This document shows, piece after piece, positions 10,997-23,657 of a DNA stretch of 64,000 nt. Made by a program: the position numbers and the translations under genes. The stretch comes from Felis catus (taxonomy: Eukaryota): contig NC_058383.1 of NCBI RefSeq assembly GCF_018350175.1, forward strand, positions 13,270,001 through 13,334,000. The letters run 5' to 3'. A model generated the notes under the pieces. That model saw only the letters and a program-made list of their open reading frames with translations, did not search any database and was not told where the DNA came from. The stretch's first letter is position 1, and each line of letters begins with the position of its first letter.

Positions 10997-13900
10997 TCAC
11001 TGCTTATTACTTCAGATCTTCTGGAGAGAATAACGCTTCTTGAAGCCAGCCATCTTCCATTCTCTTAAACCCAAGAAAATCAGAAGGAAGAATAGTTCTG
11101 AGTTCAAGTAGAAACTGGAAATCATCCTATCTTTCCTCTAGCAGAGTGTTCCAGAAGGAGTAGAATATAACCCTGAAATTAGGGACAAAATTAAGTTTTT
11201 CTAAAAGCAGAATAACTGGTATCAATACATATACACCATCCTTGGAACGTAATCTGTCGCAGTGTTGACACTAAGTGTTGCTGTCTTACGCCCTCTTTGT
11301 TGCTTCTATCTTGGGTATTGGTTCTCCCCAGAGAGGGATGAAATTGAAAAGCATCATTATGAATGCATTCTCAGTGGCTGGGTTCTGACACCTTGGCCAA
11401 AAGGTTTATGCTCTGCAGCCCTGAATAAAGTGCTGTAATTAAAATGAGAAACAGAAATATGAAGCCACGCAAGAGCAGTCATTATTTAAACGAAGAACCT
11501 TCATGTGAGATTATACTGGCTGATACTAATCTGCGAAGTTGTATTTTCTGGGGGAAAAATCAATATGAATGAAACGAGAACTCAGTGTGCATCCTGCAGG
11601 GCTTGTTGTATCTCCATGAACTGTGATGTGAGCTCCTGGCCTTTTGAATCATTTTGTTTAAAGGCCTTACATAGATCATTCTGTCCTTGGTGGTGGGAGA
11701 CCTTTCCCCAAGATTCTATCCCTAGATAGACTAAATTGGAAAAGCACATGCCTTTTGATCTTTACTTTGCGTGTTTGTGTGTGTATGCATGCATATGTGT
11801 AAGATATAAAGGTCATCACAGAGCAGACTGGGCCACTTAACACCTTCCCTGATTCCACGTTGTCAGAGATGGAATTTGAGAGTGTACTTCACTCCCCTCA
11901 CTCTGTCATTGATTTCTAAGGCTGAGCATATCCGTGCAATTAATGTGTTACATCTTATAGTCAGCTTGAATACTTACTCCTTTCTGTATTTCACATTGCC
12001 AGCCCCATTCCTGGTTGATAACAGGCACTTGAAAATGAGTGGAAGATTTGAATGAGATTTGCCTTTGCTCCTTGTCCTTCCTACTAGACCTGAATGGCTT
12101 GCTGGAAACCAGGAGCGAAATTTAATGTTGATCCAGGGTCAAGCTCTCCTCTGCTCATTTGAGGCTCGGCTTCCCGCACCATACGTGCTGCATTCAGCAC
12201 ATCATCAGGCTGCCCTCTTCTAGGATAAAATGCAGTATTCTAGAAAGCACCACACTCCAGTGGGCAGAACTGTTGGTAAGTCTGTACAGAACAGATCAGG
12301 TTGCAGCTCCCTTGAAGTATCTGCTAATGGAAACTCTGGCTAAAGCAGCATCTTAAATAATATGTAGAATCAGCATGCTGTCTCCAGAACATGTTGCAGC
12401 CTTTATTAGCAGGGCGTAAGCTAAGGTAAGCTCCCATTAAAGAAAAAATTGTAATGATTAGCAGGGGCCCCGTATAATATAAGGTATTCTTTGGAGTTTA
12501 TAAATATGGCCTCATAAAAAGCCTGAATATAAGGGAACTGTGACTTTAAGTCATTAGAAGCCCAGTGGTTTGATAAAATAACAGGAAACAGACAATTTAT
12601 TATGAGCAGTCTCAGTAGCTCTGGATTATCTATAAAACTTTTACGGCCTTCCCCAAGTGGCAAGAAGCCATAAAACTTGCCTGAATGAGGGACTTGTTAA
12701 TTTACTTGTTAAAGCAAATTAAAAATTTATAAGTGCTTTTAGGTAAATGAGATCTTCTCTCATTGCTGCCCTTGCGGGGCCCTGGAGTCCTAAGAGGGGA
12801 GAGTGGCTAAGCTCAGACACCACTGCAGAACAATAAAAGCTATTAAATTGTTCCAGTTTATTACAACAGAGCCGTGCAGCTGTTGCCATGGCTAGCTGTG
12901 GGGTACCAGTGGTTGACAGCCTGGAGTTTCACTAGGTTTTCTGTCTCACTCAAAGGAAAAACAAGCAGAGGGATGATTTTTACTCTTGCATTCTCCAGTA
13001 GTTGGTGTTACAGACCATGTGTTTTATTTTTCCTTGGCCTCATGAACCCAGAGGTTTTAAACCACTTTTTCCTATTCCCAAAAGTGTTTCCCTTTCATTC
13101 CATAGGTTGCTGGTTCTCACACATTTGGACTCCTCATCATGCCTTTTAGCAACTTAATCCATGGACAAAAGGCCCAGACCCTAGAGTTTTTCTGTAACTT
13201 CATCAGCATTTCTTTAAAAACAAAAAAACAAAAAAAAAAAAAAACAAAAACCACAAAAAAACACAAAAAACAAACGAACAAAAAAAACCCCTCTTTCTTT
13301 TCCTTTGTCCAGCCTGGAAATTAGGAGAACGACTTAAGTGAAAAATGAAACCCCGTACATGTTCTTGTATATTGGATTGCATAAAATGTGGAGAATCAGT
13401 ATTTTTTGTGGAATCCGTAGTGTAAAGGTAAAGGCAGATTGTCTTGTACTCTGCTTTGGATAGGAAATCACCTGAGGTTATAATTCTTGGATCTAAACAT
13501 CCCCCTTCTCTTTTTTTCTGTTTGCCACTTGTCGAATTTCTTCCCAAGGTAACTGTGGAGTCACAGGCAGGTTTCTCAAGAGCGATTTTTTTGGCTTGAG
13601 GCCCTGTAACTCATCGGCTTCTGTCCTTGCCTCTTTGGGACTTGCCTTCTACTGAGCGTTCTTCACCCTGCCCGCTGACAGCAAGGATTCTGGGGAGCAG
13701 GAAGTAGCTTATTCTTCCATACACATCAGAAGCTTTGATTCAGGAAGACCTCTTGCATTTGTAGGCAGAAAAATACCTTATATCTCAATTACAGACCATA
13801 TTTAATATTGAATAAAAAGGATGGATATTTCACAAGTATATTTAAATTTCAAAGATCTCTTTAGAAAAGTCAGGTTCTGCAAACACCTTCTTCTGGTAAT

Positions 13901-15642
13901 ATTTTCCCATCTCTGCACTGGAAAGGTACATTTTATTAGCTTAGAGAACAGACATGATAAAAAGGCATAATTGGTACAAGTGTTTGTTCTACAGAATTCA
14001 CCCTTCAGTTACTTACGTATCTGTGACTTGGCTCTATTCACATCTCTGATTTGGATCCCATCTGAAACTATGCTTGAGAAGCATGTTATTGGCAAGTAAA
14101 GCGTCACAGAAAATTGGGGGTAAGAGGGAAAGCAATAAAAACAGCAAATAAATACATACCGGAAACAGTAGTTCACCGTGGTAGAAGGCATCAGCTTCCC
14201 AACAAGGAGTTGCCTTAAGGTGAAAATTTGCTTCAGTAGTGACTCTTCTCCTGCTCACCGTCTTGATTATTTTAGGAATATCACTGTGTAGCCCACTGTG
14301 TGCTTATTATACCTCTTACTGAACTTCACAAGCCTCTTATTGTTTTGACTGTTAATGACTTTTGCATTTGGAGTCCTCATCTTCATTTAGAGTCTCAGCA
14401 AAAATGTTCAGTTATAGCCATCCTTGCACAAATTATCTCTGTGCTTTAGGGTATTTTTGGATTTGGTCTTACATCCTTATGGATGGAACTTTAAGAGTGG
14501 AGCTTAAATAGCTCTCTTCTTATGGGAGTACCCCATAGACCTGACCACAAAGTCTGCGGAAGTAGAGAGCGAGGATGGCTGAACAAAAAATCTTTTGTTC
14601 CAGAAGGCCAAACTGAATTGCATGTACAGAAAAGGTTGATAAATTTAAAAATTTTTGAATAGAAAACAACACTGGTCCAAAGGTCAACTGCTGAGGAACT
14701 ACTACTATAGTTTATGAGAAGATCCAGAAAGAGCTTTGTTGCAATAGGTCAGTAATGTGGTGTGGCCTCCAAAACTGCGATAATGAAGTCCTGATAAACA
14801 TTTCATAGTGAAATAGCACTGCTTCAAAAATGTTTGTTTCTAACAGAGTTCACGCTAGAAATTTAGTGTATATACTCACTCGTTAGCAATATTGATATAT
14901 GTTGTATAATGATTGCTTAATTGCTAATTTTCCTATGCTAATTGATGTTTTTCTATAAAACTAAATTCTTTAGCTCTTTACATTTATTGAATGCCATCTG
15001 GCTTATGAATTTTCATAAGAACTGCCAAAAAAAAGGTGCAGACCCCTCCCCCATCTTTCTCCTAAAAAGGTGCTGAATATGTATCCATAATGACTTTTTA
15101 ATGTGCCTTTAGGGATTTCTTTTCTTTCTTTCTTTTTTTTTTTCTGTAGGAATAAAACATCATTACACTAAAAATGCTTTCTCTCTCCCAACTTGAATTT
15201 CCTTCTCATTTCACCACTAGTCGTTGCTGTGGCGATATACCCTCTTACTTTTTTAAAAAATATTCTCCATGTTATTGTTCTGGGTAATTGTTGGGCAAAT
15301 ACTATGTTTAAAATATGTTTATCCTGATGGCTAGGAACAATCCACATTTATTGTGTATTTTTTAAAATAGCTTTACATATTTATTTACCTGTAACACTTG
15401 GATTTAAAGACATCATTAAGCTGTATTTCATTGTACAATAGCAAAGAAGTATGAAGTTGGGTGCCCCATATACAATCTTTCTGCTTTGCAGCGCTTAATA
15501 TTTTTGGCGATTTCTTTATATAACTGGCTATCAGCTCCCTGGCATCTCTCCATAGATAGTTTGGTATTAGTAGTTTCTTTGTTTGCTTAGAGAACATATG
15601 TATGTGTGTATGCACATGTATATGTATGTAAAAATTGTACAT

Positions 15643-16005
15643 TGTCTTAGTCTGTTTAGACTATTACGGCAAAATACCACAGCCCAGCCAGGGGAGTGGG
15701 GGGGGGGGGGGCGTGCGCTATAAACAACATAAATTTATTTCTCACAGTTCTAAAGGCTGAGAAGTCAAAGATCAAGGTTCTAGCAGATTCTGTGTTTGTT
15801 CAGGGCCTACTTCGTGATTCATAGATGGCCTTCTTTTCTTCTCACATGGAGGAAGGGGTGAGGGAACCCTCTGGAGTTCTTTATAAGGGCACTAATCTCG
15901 CTTATGAAAGTTCTACCCCCATGACCTAATCACTAATGCTATCACATTTGGGATTAGGCTTCAACACATGAATCTGAGAAGGATGCAAATGTACAGTCTG
16001 TAGCA
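15643..16005 (-). mobile_element. MaLR solo LTR (MLT1A0-like), complete
   Basis: TG...CA termini (tgtcttagtc...cagtctgtagca), perfect 5-bp TSD tacat at 15638-15642 and 16006-16010, MLT1A-type body. Confidence 0.88.
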
Positions 16006-16671
16006 TACATGTGGTATACACACTAAAATTTAGCAGAGCTTATTTGATAAGCTTTCCTACTTTTTTTCCCTTTCATTATCTTGTACTAAATACCTAGAGC
16101 TACAACTAACAGTTAAGTTATAAACCAGTCATCAGTTACTTGGCACCTATACATTTTGAATGAGAGGTAGAAATAACTTTAGTAGATGAGAGGGTTTTTT
16201 TTAACCTCATCATTAAATTGATCCACATTTCTTCAGATGGCTAAAATAAATGGAATTGTATCCTCATTTGCTTGTCTGGGTCTAATATGAGCAAACAACA
16301 ACAAAAAACCTATGTTAAAGAGTGTTTTTAATTAATAGTAGTTTTGAGAAGAAATGTAAGATACTTTTATAGAATTTAGTTGTTAGGTTCATACATTTAA
16401 TATGTGCAGATTCAGCTGCATTAGATTATGTATTAATCAAGATTGAGAGACATACTTGTAAAAATAACTGATATGTGATGGCATTTACTTAGTTTTTCCT
16501 ATTACAAGGATATCAGAATAATTATAGCTAATTTCCTAATTGCCTCCCCTAAAATATTTGGTCATTAAATCACAAAATGTTAGAATTGTTATTGCCTAGA
16601 GGAGCAGACACGCTGCAATTGATGCTAACGTGTCTGCATTGCCCGTGAATGATAATGATACTCTGGAGGGT

Positions 16672-16810
16672 GGCATGGTATCGTGAATAGTACAGACCCT
16701 GGGAGAAAAGGTCTGGCTGCGCGTCCTAGGTCCACCTCTCCTTATCCATTTAACCCGGAGTTAACATGGACCTCCACTTATTTTGCCTTAAAATGACAAT
16801 AATCACCACT
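16672..16810 (+). mobile_element. Degenerate MIR-like fragment
   Basis: ggcatggtatcgtgaatagtacagaccctggga... and ...taaaatgacaataatc resemble the MIR head and core. Confidence 0.45.
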
Positions 16811-16899
16811 GTGAAAGGAACCTGTGGCTTAGTGCAGCCAATTAGGTTTGACCTAATAGGTAGACACCACCTCAAGGGCAGGCAACAGAGTGTTCAGCC

Positions 16900-17310
16900 A
16901 GGGGCCAGGTACAGTGTTTTCTAGCTCAGCTCGCAACCGCTCTCTGCCTGTCTTTGGTTGGGTCACTCATCTCTGAATTTTAGTTTCTTTGTCTGTAAAG
17001 GGGATATGTTATTTAAAAAATATCTTTTTAAATGTTTATTTATTTTTGAGAGAGAGAGCGTGAGCCAGGGGAGGAGCAGACAGAGGAAGACACAGAATCC
17101 AAAACAGGTTCCAGGCTCTGAGCTGTCAGCACAGAGCCCAGTGCGGGGCTCGAACCCACGAGCCCTGAGATCATGACCTGAGCCGAAGTCGGATGCTTAA
17201 CTGACTTAGCCACCCAGGCGTCCCAAGGGGATATATTATAATTTATTGTGCTTACCTCAGAAGATTTATGTGAGGATTAAATTAGGTGAATTATGTACAA
17301 TTATTGGAAA
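16900..17310 (+). mobile_element. MIR split by a Can-SINE
   Basis: ctctgaattttagtttctttgtctgtaaagggg before the SINE and ttacctcaga...tgtgaggattaaattag after it. Confidence 0.65.
17013..17224 (-). mobile_element. Felid Can-SINE (SINEC_Fc2-like)
   Basis: Full body; TSD aaggggatat(g/a)ttat on both sides. Confidence 0.92.
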
Positions 17311-18197
17311 GTTGTATAACAGCAAATTGGTACAGCATTACTGTCATCATAAAAATGTAAACAGCTTAATGGTAACTGGTTCTCCTGTCTCAGCCTGCCA
17401 GATCTGAGAATGTGGTACATCCATTTGTCCTTCACTGTTGTTGTGAGTGTTGCCTTTACATGTTGCTAGAGTGTAGAAGATACAGTCGAGGATAGTCTTG
17501 GCACTTTGAGTCAAAAGTTAACTGCATTATTAAACACTGACAACATCTTTTTTAGTCACAGCTCAATGAGAGTTCCTGTTGTACATAAAGGGGGCTAATG
17601 TAGCATGAGTTTGGGGAGGAAAACACCTAATTAGAAAATTGGATCTGTTCTTAAATTGCAAATGTGTGTACATCAAAGCGATCATAAGAATAAATTTAAG
17701 TCTGATAGTGTACATGGTTTCAGTACACATTGGCGAAATATCCTGCTGATTGCTGATTGAAAACAGTTGTTAATTCTCTACTTCACTAAATTCAGAGTGG
17801 AAAAACTTTCCTTAATAAAGAACAGATTGAGGAGATCCAAGACCTTACTGTGTGGGAATTAATGGCAGATGCATATACTGGTAGTTAAAATGTTTCATTA
17901 GATGTTAATGTCTTGCTGTGTTTTTAATTGTTCAGGAATTAGCCTCCAGAATATTAAAACCATCTGTTTGTTATCATGATGAAACAGAATGCTTAAATAG
18001 TTATTAATTTGTGTTTCTTGTCTTATTTTTTTTCAGGGATAATCTGTAAAACTTTGATCGGTTTGGAGTTTAGGGAATTTGGAATGTGGAAGTGAAAAAT
18101 AATTTTAAAACACACCAGTGTCCTAAATAGCTGTAGTTTGGGGTTTTTTTCTCCCCTACCTACTGTGCATATTTTATATGTAATCCATCTGCCCGCC

Positions 18198-18316
18198 CTT
18201 CCTTCCTTCCTTTCCTTTCCTTTCCTTTCCTTTCCTTTCCTTTCCTTTCCTTTCCTTTCCTTTCCTTTCCTTTCCTTTCCTTTCCTTTCTTTTTTCTTTT
18301 CTTCTCTTTTCTTTTT
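18198..18316. repeat. (TTTCC)n microsatellite / polypyrimidine tract
   Basis: Direct pentanucleotide repeat read in the sequence. Confidence 0.95.
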
Positions 18317-18539
18317 GAACATGAATTGACTCACATTTTCATGAGATTGGGATCATCATAGGGCTGATTTAGTAGTTGATTTAAACTACATGGCCACTCT
18401 TAACATGCTGATTAGTTTACTTTCAAGATCAAAATAGAATTTATAAAGTTGGAGGGATGAAGGGAAGCTAAATTTTTAGATTCTGTGGACATGTTCCTCT
18501 TGCCTTGTTCCAGCAGCTGTTCATAACTACCATGGGCCG

Positions 18540-18715
18540 TGGCTCTTAGAGAGTCAGGTGGCCTTGGTTCTGTTTTCAGCCCTTTGTGACTTTGCTCAGA
18601 GTACTTAGTCTTTCTCAGCTTTGGATTTCTCCATCTGTAAATTGGGAAGTACAATTTAATTTTTAGAGTTTTTGTTATTCTTAGAAATAGTGTAAAGATT
18701 GCGTATTCTACATAA
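18540..18715 (+). mobile_element. MIR SINE
   Basis: gagtcagg...tgtgactttg...ctttctcagctttggatttctccatctgtaaattggga core. Confidence 0.7.
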
Positions 18716-18880
18716 TGGGCATATTAATTGCTTTCTTTCTTGATTACATGGAGCTCATGAGATATTTTGGGTCCTACTGAGAAATATGTTAGCTATAACT
18801 ATAAGAGCAATGAGCAAACCCTTTATTTACTAGCCTTTGCTCTTGTGTCAATAGCTGAACATTGGTGACCTTAAGTTCTT

Positions 18881-19106
18881 TTAAATACTTTCTTTTATTA
18901 AGATTACTTATTTACTTTGAGAGAGAAAGAGAGAGAGAAGGGGAGGGGCAAAGAGAGAGAGAAGGGGAGGGTCAAAGAGAGAGGGAGATAGAGAACCCCA
19001 GAAACTGGCAGTGCGGAGCCCCATGCGGGGCTCAAATCCACGAACTGTGAGACCGTGACGAGCCGAAATCAAGAGAAGTTTAACAAACTGAGCCACCCAG
19101 GCCCCC
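18881..19106 (-). mobile_element. Older Can-SINE with an internal tandem duplication of the GA-rich segment
   Basis: Body ending actgagccacccaggccccc; duplicated agagagagagaaggggaggg(g/t)caa; degenerate TSD tggtgaccttaagttctt / tggaggccttcagttctt. Confidence 0.85.
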
Positions 19107-20030
19107 TGGAGGCCTTCAGTTCTTATCCTCAAAGTGAAAATCTCAGCTAGCATCATCTTTTCTCTACTTCACGGTGAGATTTGTAGATCTACAGTGGAGA
19201 GAACTAGTCCACCTTTGCATGGGATTCTAATGTATGTCTCCAAATAGCCTAGTGTTCATCTTCTCATCTCCCAATTTGGTTAGGAAAAACTGTCAAGTTT
19301 TTCTTCATTAATTGATGCAAGTGAGCTAAAGTCATGCCAAGAGTCAGAAACTGTTAGGTCTTTGAATCTTTTTAACATTTTGGAGAAATCTTGTGTGTTT
19401 AGATCAAGAATTTCTGATAGTTGGGAAATTCATGGTTCTCAGTGTATGTTCTGTCTCTCTGTTCTCCTTCCTTCACCCACCCCCTCATTCACAATTGGAT
19501 TATTCCATTCCCTATGTCTGTCTTGCCCAGATTAAAAATGGGAGAGACTTCATAACTTAAAATTTTCTGGAACCAAGTGAAAGTTACTTACTATAGGGAA
19601 GTAAGGTTTGTTGTGACCCTAGGTCCCTACCTCAGGCTTCTCAGAGGCCAAGCAAACCGTGGGAATAAGTGATGTAGGTCAGGGCAGGGTGTGGGGACTT
19701 CGCTGGCACAGTGCTGCAGTGACCTTCTGTATCTATAGAGTTAATTCAGGTGGTGTCCTTGTTTCCAGGAGCACATCTCTTTACCAAGTGGAGTGTGCTG
19801 GCACTGGAGGTCATACAAACATTCCATCTCTCTAGAAAGCACCTTTTCATTTAAAAATTTACTCAGGAGAATGTAATTGGTTCTGTTACAATTAGGTTTC
19901 TTTTATAAATATTGTTATTTATAAATCAGTGTTTGATAGTACACATGTTAAGTATTTCTGCCTTTTTGTGGGATGTTTTTGCAAGAAACCTTTGCTGGGT
20001 TGATTTTAAAAGAATAAGTAGTTTTTTAGG

Positions 20031-20240
20031 ACAGAAGACCATGGGGGAGGGGAGGGGGGAAAGTTAGGGAGGTAGGCAAACCATAAGAGACTCTTAAAGA
20101 CAGAATTAAACTGAGGGTTGATGGGGGGGGTAGGAGGGAGGGGAGGGGGGGTGATGGGCACTGAGGAGGGCACCTGTTGGGATGAGCACTGGGTGTTGTC
20201 TGGAAACCAATTTGGCAATAAATTTCATATTTAAAAAAAA
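20031..20240 (+). mobile_element. 3' UTR fragment of a young felid L1 (L1_Fc-like)
   Basis: caaaccataagagactcttaaa...gggatgagcactgggtgttg...aaccaatttggcaataaatttcatatttaaaaaaaa is characteristic of the carnivore/felid L1 3' end. Confidence 0.88.
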
Positions 20241-20566
20241 CAGGCACTGTTAGAGGGTAAAATAGAAAAGATTTTTAAATGCATCATATTATCCAAATTA
20301 CTTAAAGTGGCAATCTCATCAACAAGGGTGTATAATACTGAGAGAGCTATTAACTTCTTTTGGTAGTGGTTTTTGACCTTTTGCTGAACAAGTACTTTTA
20401 AGAGTCTCAAATGCCAGGATGAAGATTTATTAAACTAACTATAATTATGTGCTACTTTTCATTTTATAAGCTTATACCTGACTGTCTAAAATATCTTAAA
20501 TTACATATGATCACTTTTTCAAGAACAAAATCTTCAGTAACACATTTTGGAGAATAAGGATTTTTT

Positions 20567-20779
20567 TTTAATGTTTTTATTCTTTTTTTTTTTTTTTTGA
20601 GAGAGACAGAGTGCAAGCAGGGGAGGGGCAGAGAGAGAGAGGGAGACACAGAATCCGAAGCAGGCTCCAGGCTCTGAGCTGTCAGCACAGAGCCCATTGC
20701 AGGGCCCTAACTCACAAACTGCAAGATATGACCTGGGCTGAAGTCAGTCGCTTAACCGACTGAGCCACCCAGGTGCCCC
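20567..20779 (-). mobile_element. Felid Can-SINE (SINEC_Fc2-like)
   Basis: Full body; perfect TSD gaataaggatttttt at 20552-20566 and 20780-20794. Confidence 0.93.
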
Positions 20780-21015
20780 GAATAAGGATTTTTTAAAGGC
20801 TGGTTTTGTATATCACAAAAGCCCCCAAGTTTGCTAAATGTGCAGGCTACTTTTTGTCTTCTCACTCTGTTTTTGAGCTCTTCTTTTTGGCTAATCCTCG
20901 AAGACTGGCTTTCTATGACCTAGTCACACTCTTTGTTAATAGCTCCAAGAGCCATTCTGTGGGAGATTTTGAAGGCTGACCTAACATGTTATAGATCTGA
21001 AAAGATTATACATAG

Positions 21016-23070
21016 TTATTAATTAAACAAATATTTATTGAGCATCTAATAAATGACAGGTATTGTATGAGAGTGTACCTATTAACAGTGACCAAAACAG
21101 ATAAAAATCCTCTGATAATGTAGCTTAGTATCTGGTTGCCATGTGATTGAGGTAGTAGGAGTTTGGAGGAGACGGAGCACAAATAAAACAGGTGAAATAA
21201 TAAGTATTACATTAGAAGGTGTTAAGTAGAGGCAAGGTTGCATCCTGTAATCGGGATGATCAGGGAAGCCCTCACTAAGAAAGTGTCATTTAAATAAAGA
21301 CTTCAGTGAACTTTGTGCCTTCTGGAGGCTGAACATTTCAGATAGCTGTTGCAGCAAGTGCAAAGGCCCTGAGGCGAGAGCATGCCTGCCTTGTTTGAGG
21401 AACAGTCAGTGAAGTTTGCTACACTGATACAGAGGGACCAGGCCAGAGAAATAATGGGTGAACCAGATGCACTAGGGACTACTTTGTCGGCCTTTGTGAT
21501 GACCTTGGTGTTTATTATGATGATGATGGAGAGACTCTGGAAGATTTTGAGAAGTATAGCATGTGAACTGACTTTTTTAATAGGAGCACTCTGGATCTTG
21601 GGAGAAATGGATGGAAGTAGCAGGCAAGGTCACAAGCAGGGAGATCAGATAGGAAGTTGGTGTCGTAATCTAGGCAAGAGACAAAGGTAGCTTTGACTAG
21701 AGTGGTAGCTGTAGGAGTAACGATTTTGTCCTAAGCACTTAGAAAAGTAAAATTGTTATTAATAACAATTGGAAACATTGAGAGTATGGCTTTAGTCACT
21801 TTAGGTTTCAGATACCTTTTCAGTGTGTAAGTGGAATTGAAGGATGTACCTAGATTTAGAAGACTGGGTTTGGGGGAAGAGATTGAGGCTAAGAATAGAA
21901 GTTAGGCATCACCAGCACGTAGATCATTTTTAAAACATTGAGACTGGATAAGATCATTAAAGGTAGTGAGTATAGGCCTAGAAAAGAAGAGGTCTAACAA
22001 CTGAGCCATGGAGAACCAAACATTAAGAGTTGAGATTAAGAGGAGAAGCCAGACTGGTAAGGAGCGGCCAGAGAGGTGGGAGGAAAGTCAGGAGTAAAAC
22101 AAAGTGCTTCAAGGATGCGGGAGTGATCAGTTGTGTCAGATGTTACCCGTAGGTAGATAGATTGGGAAGACAGGCACTGACAGTGATCACTAGGTTCAGC
22201 ATTCAGAGTTTGTTGTTGACTGGTACTGTACTGCTGTTAAAGCCAGCCAACGGGGACTTTGACGTTGCTTCCTTAAGTCATGTCCCTTCCCATAGTGGAA
22301 GAGTTCAAAGGGCCAAGGACATGTGTCCACTTGGAGCCCACCACATGCCTTCTACACATATTACTACTGATTAGCTAGGATTCCAGAATTCCAGGCCAAA
22401 TGTCCTCAGTCGGACTTTCAGGGTCTGCTTGCTGGGTCCATCCTCCTGGGAGGGCACAGCACCAGAGCTCTGTGTATGCCTGAGCCCGAGCTGGAGGGCA
22501 CAGCTAGTGGACTTGGGGGAAAGTGGGCAGTGTGGATGGAACCTGGAGTATGGGCTAGGACATTGCACACGGGCAGGTGAAGCTTCTTGAGAACTACAGA
22601 CAGTAACGAAAGACACCAGGCCAGGGATGGGCTCTCCCACACTGCCACATTCCATCAAGAAATTCAAGAAGACAGAACTTTAAATTAAAACCTGGCCTTC
22701 ATTGTCATTACGGACATTCATTTGACAAGGTCAGAGGATAGAAATATTTTCTTTAACACTAGATTAGTGTGATATACAACTTTTCACTATTCAGTGTTCG
22801 GGTCTTTGGTCCTGAGCTCTGAAAATGCCTCTGATAGCCTGTTGTTGAGCTTGACAGGAACAATTTCATGACAGGTGAGGACAAAAACCTCACTGGGCTG
22901 AGTTAACCAGAGAATTGGAGGAAAAGAATTGGTGATACTGAATAAAATGTTTTCAAGAATTATTTGTAAAGGGCATGAAAGAAATGGAAAGATAGCTGGG
23001 TTCTTCTATTTGTCTTGTTTCATTTCTTTTTTCTTCTAAGGTGGGAAAAAATAGCAGCCAGGATGTTTGT
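21016..23070 (-). mobile_element. L2 LINE, long fragment interrupted by a hAT element
   Basis: Begins aacaaatatttattgagcatcta; purine-rich antisense L2 body (caagtgcaaaggccctgaggc, gagtgatcagttgtgtcagatgtt) resumes after 22842. Confidence 0.8.
22221..22841. mobile_element. MER115-like hAT-Tip100 DNA transposon relic
   Basis: aacctggccttc...tgacaaggtcagaggatagaaatattttctttaaca resembles MER115 as I recall it. An 8-bp TSD ttgttga(c/g) at 22213-22220 and 22842-22849 fits the hAT superfamily. Confidence 0.65.
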
Positions 23071-23087
23071 ACCCATAAGAAAAGGAT

Positions 23088-23492
23088 TATATTAGTCTGC
23101 TAGGCTGCCATAACAAAATACCACAGAGTGGGTAGCTTCAAAAAAACAGAAATTTATTTTCTCACAGTTCTGGAGACTAGAAGTCCGAGACCAATATGTT
23201 GGCAGATAACGGTTTTTCTGAGGCTTCTGTCTTTGCCTTGCTGGTGGTCACGTTCTCCCTGTGGTTCTCATGGTCCTTTCTCTTTTCACGTGCCTCCCTG
23301 TTGTCTCGATGTCTCAATGGCCTCTTCTTAAAAGGACACCTGTCAGATTTGATTAGGGCCCACCCTAATGGTCTCTATCTAACTTAATTCCCTTTTTAAA
23401 GTTTGTCTCTCCAAATATAGTCACATTCTGAAGTAATTGAAATCAGGGTTGTAACATAAGAATTTTGGATGGACACAGTTCAGTCTGTAAAA
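23088..23492 (-). mobile_element. MaLR solo LTR (MLT1B-like)
   Basis: tatattagtctgctaggctgccataacaaaataccacag...gacacagttcagtctgtaaaa; 5-bp TSD aggat/gggat. Confidence 0.85.
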
Positions 23493-23657
23493 GGGATCTC
23501 AATTATTCTAGAACATGCATTTGTGGAACCCATCTCACTTAGGAAATGTCTGTGGCTTTTTTAAAAAGTTGACTATAGTGCTTGCGTGGAAATAATGTAG
23601 CTTAGGACAGAATAGTCACTAATGGGCGATGAGTTTAGTGATATACAGGTTACTAAG

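Noticed and set aside
12224..12275. 52-nt segment between cttctag and gtaagt
   Set aside because: Short pyrimidine tract, frameshifting, no AUTS2-like peptide; indistinguishable from background pseudo-exons.
13215..13290. A/C-rich tract resembling a retrocopy tail
   Set aside because: No upstream retroposed body and no TSD; low-complexity sequence.
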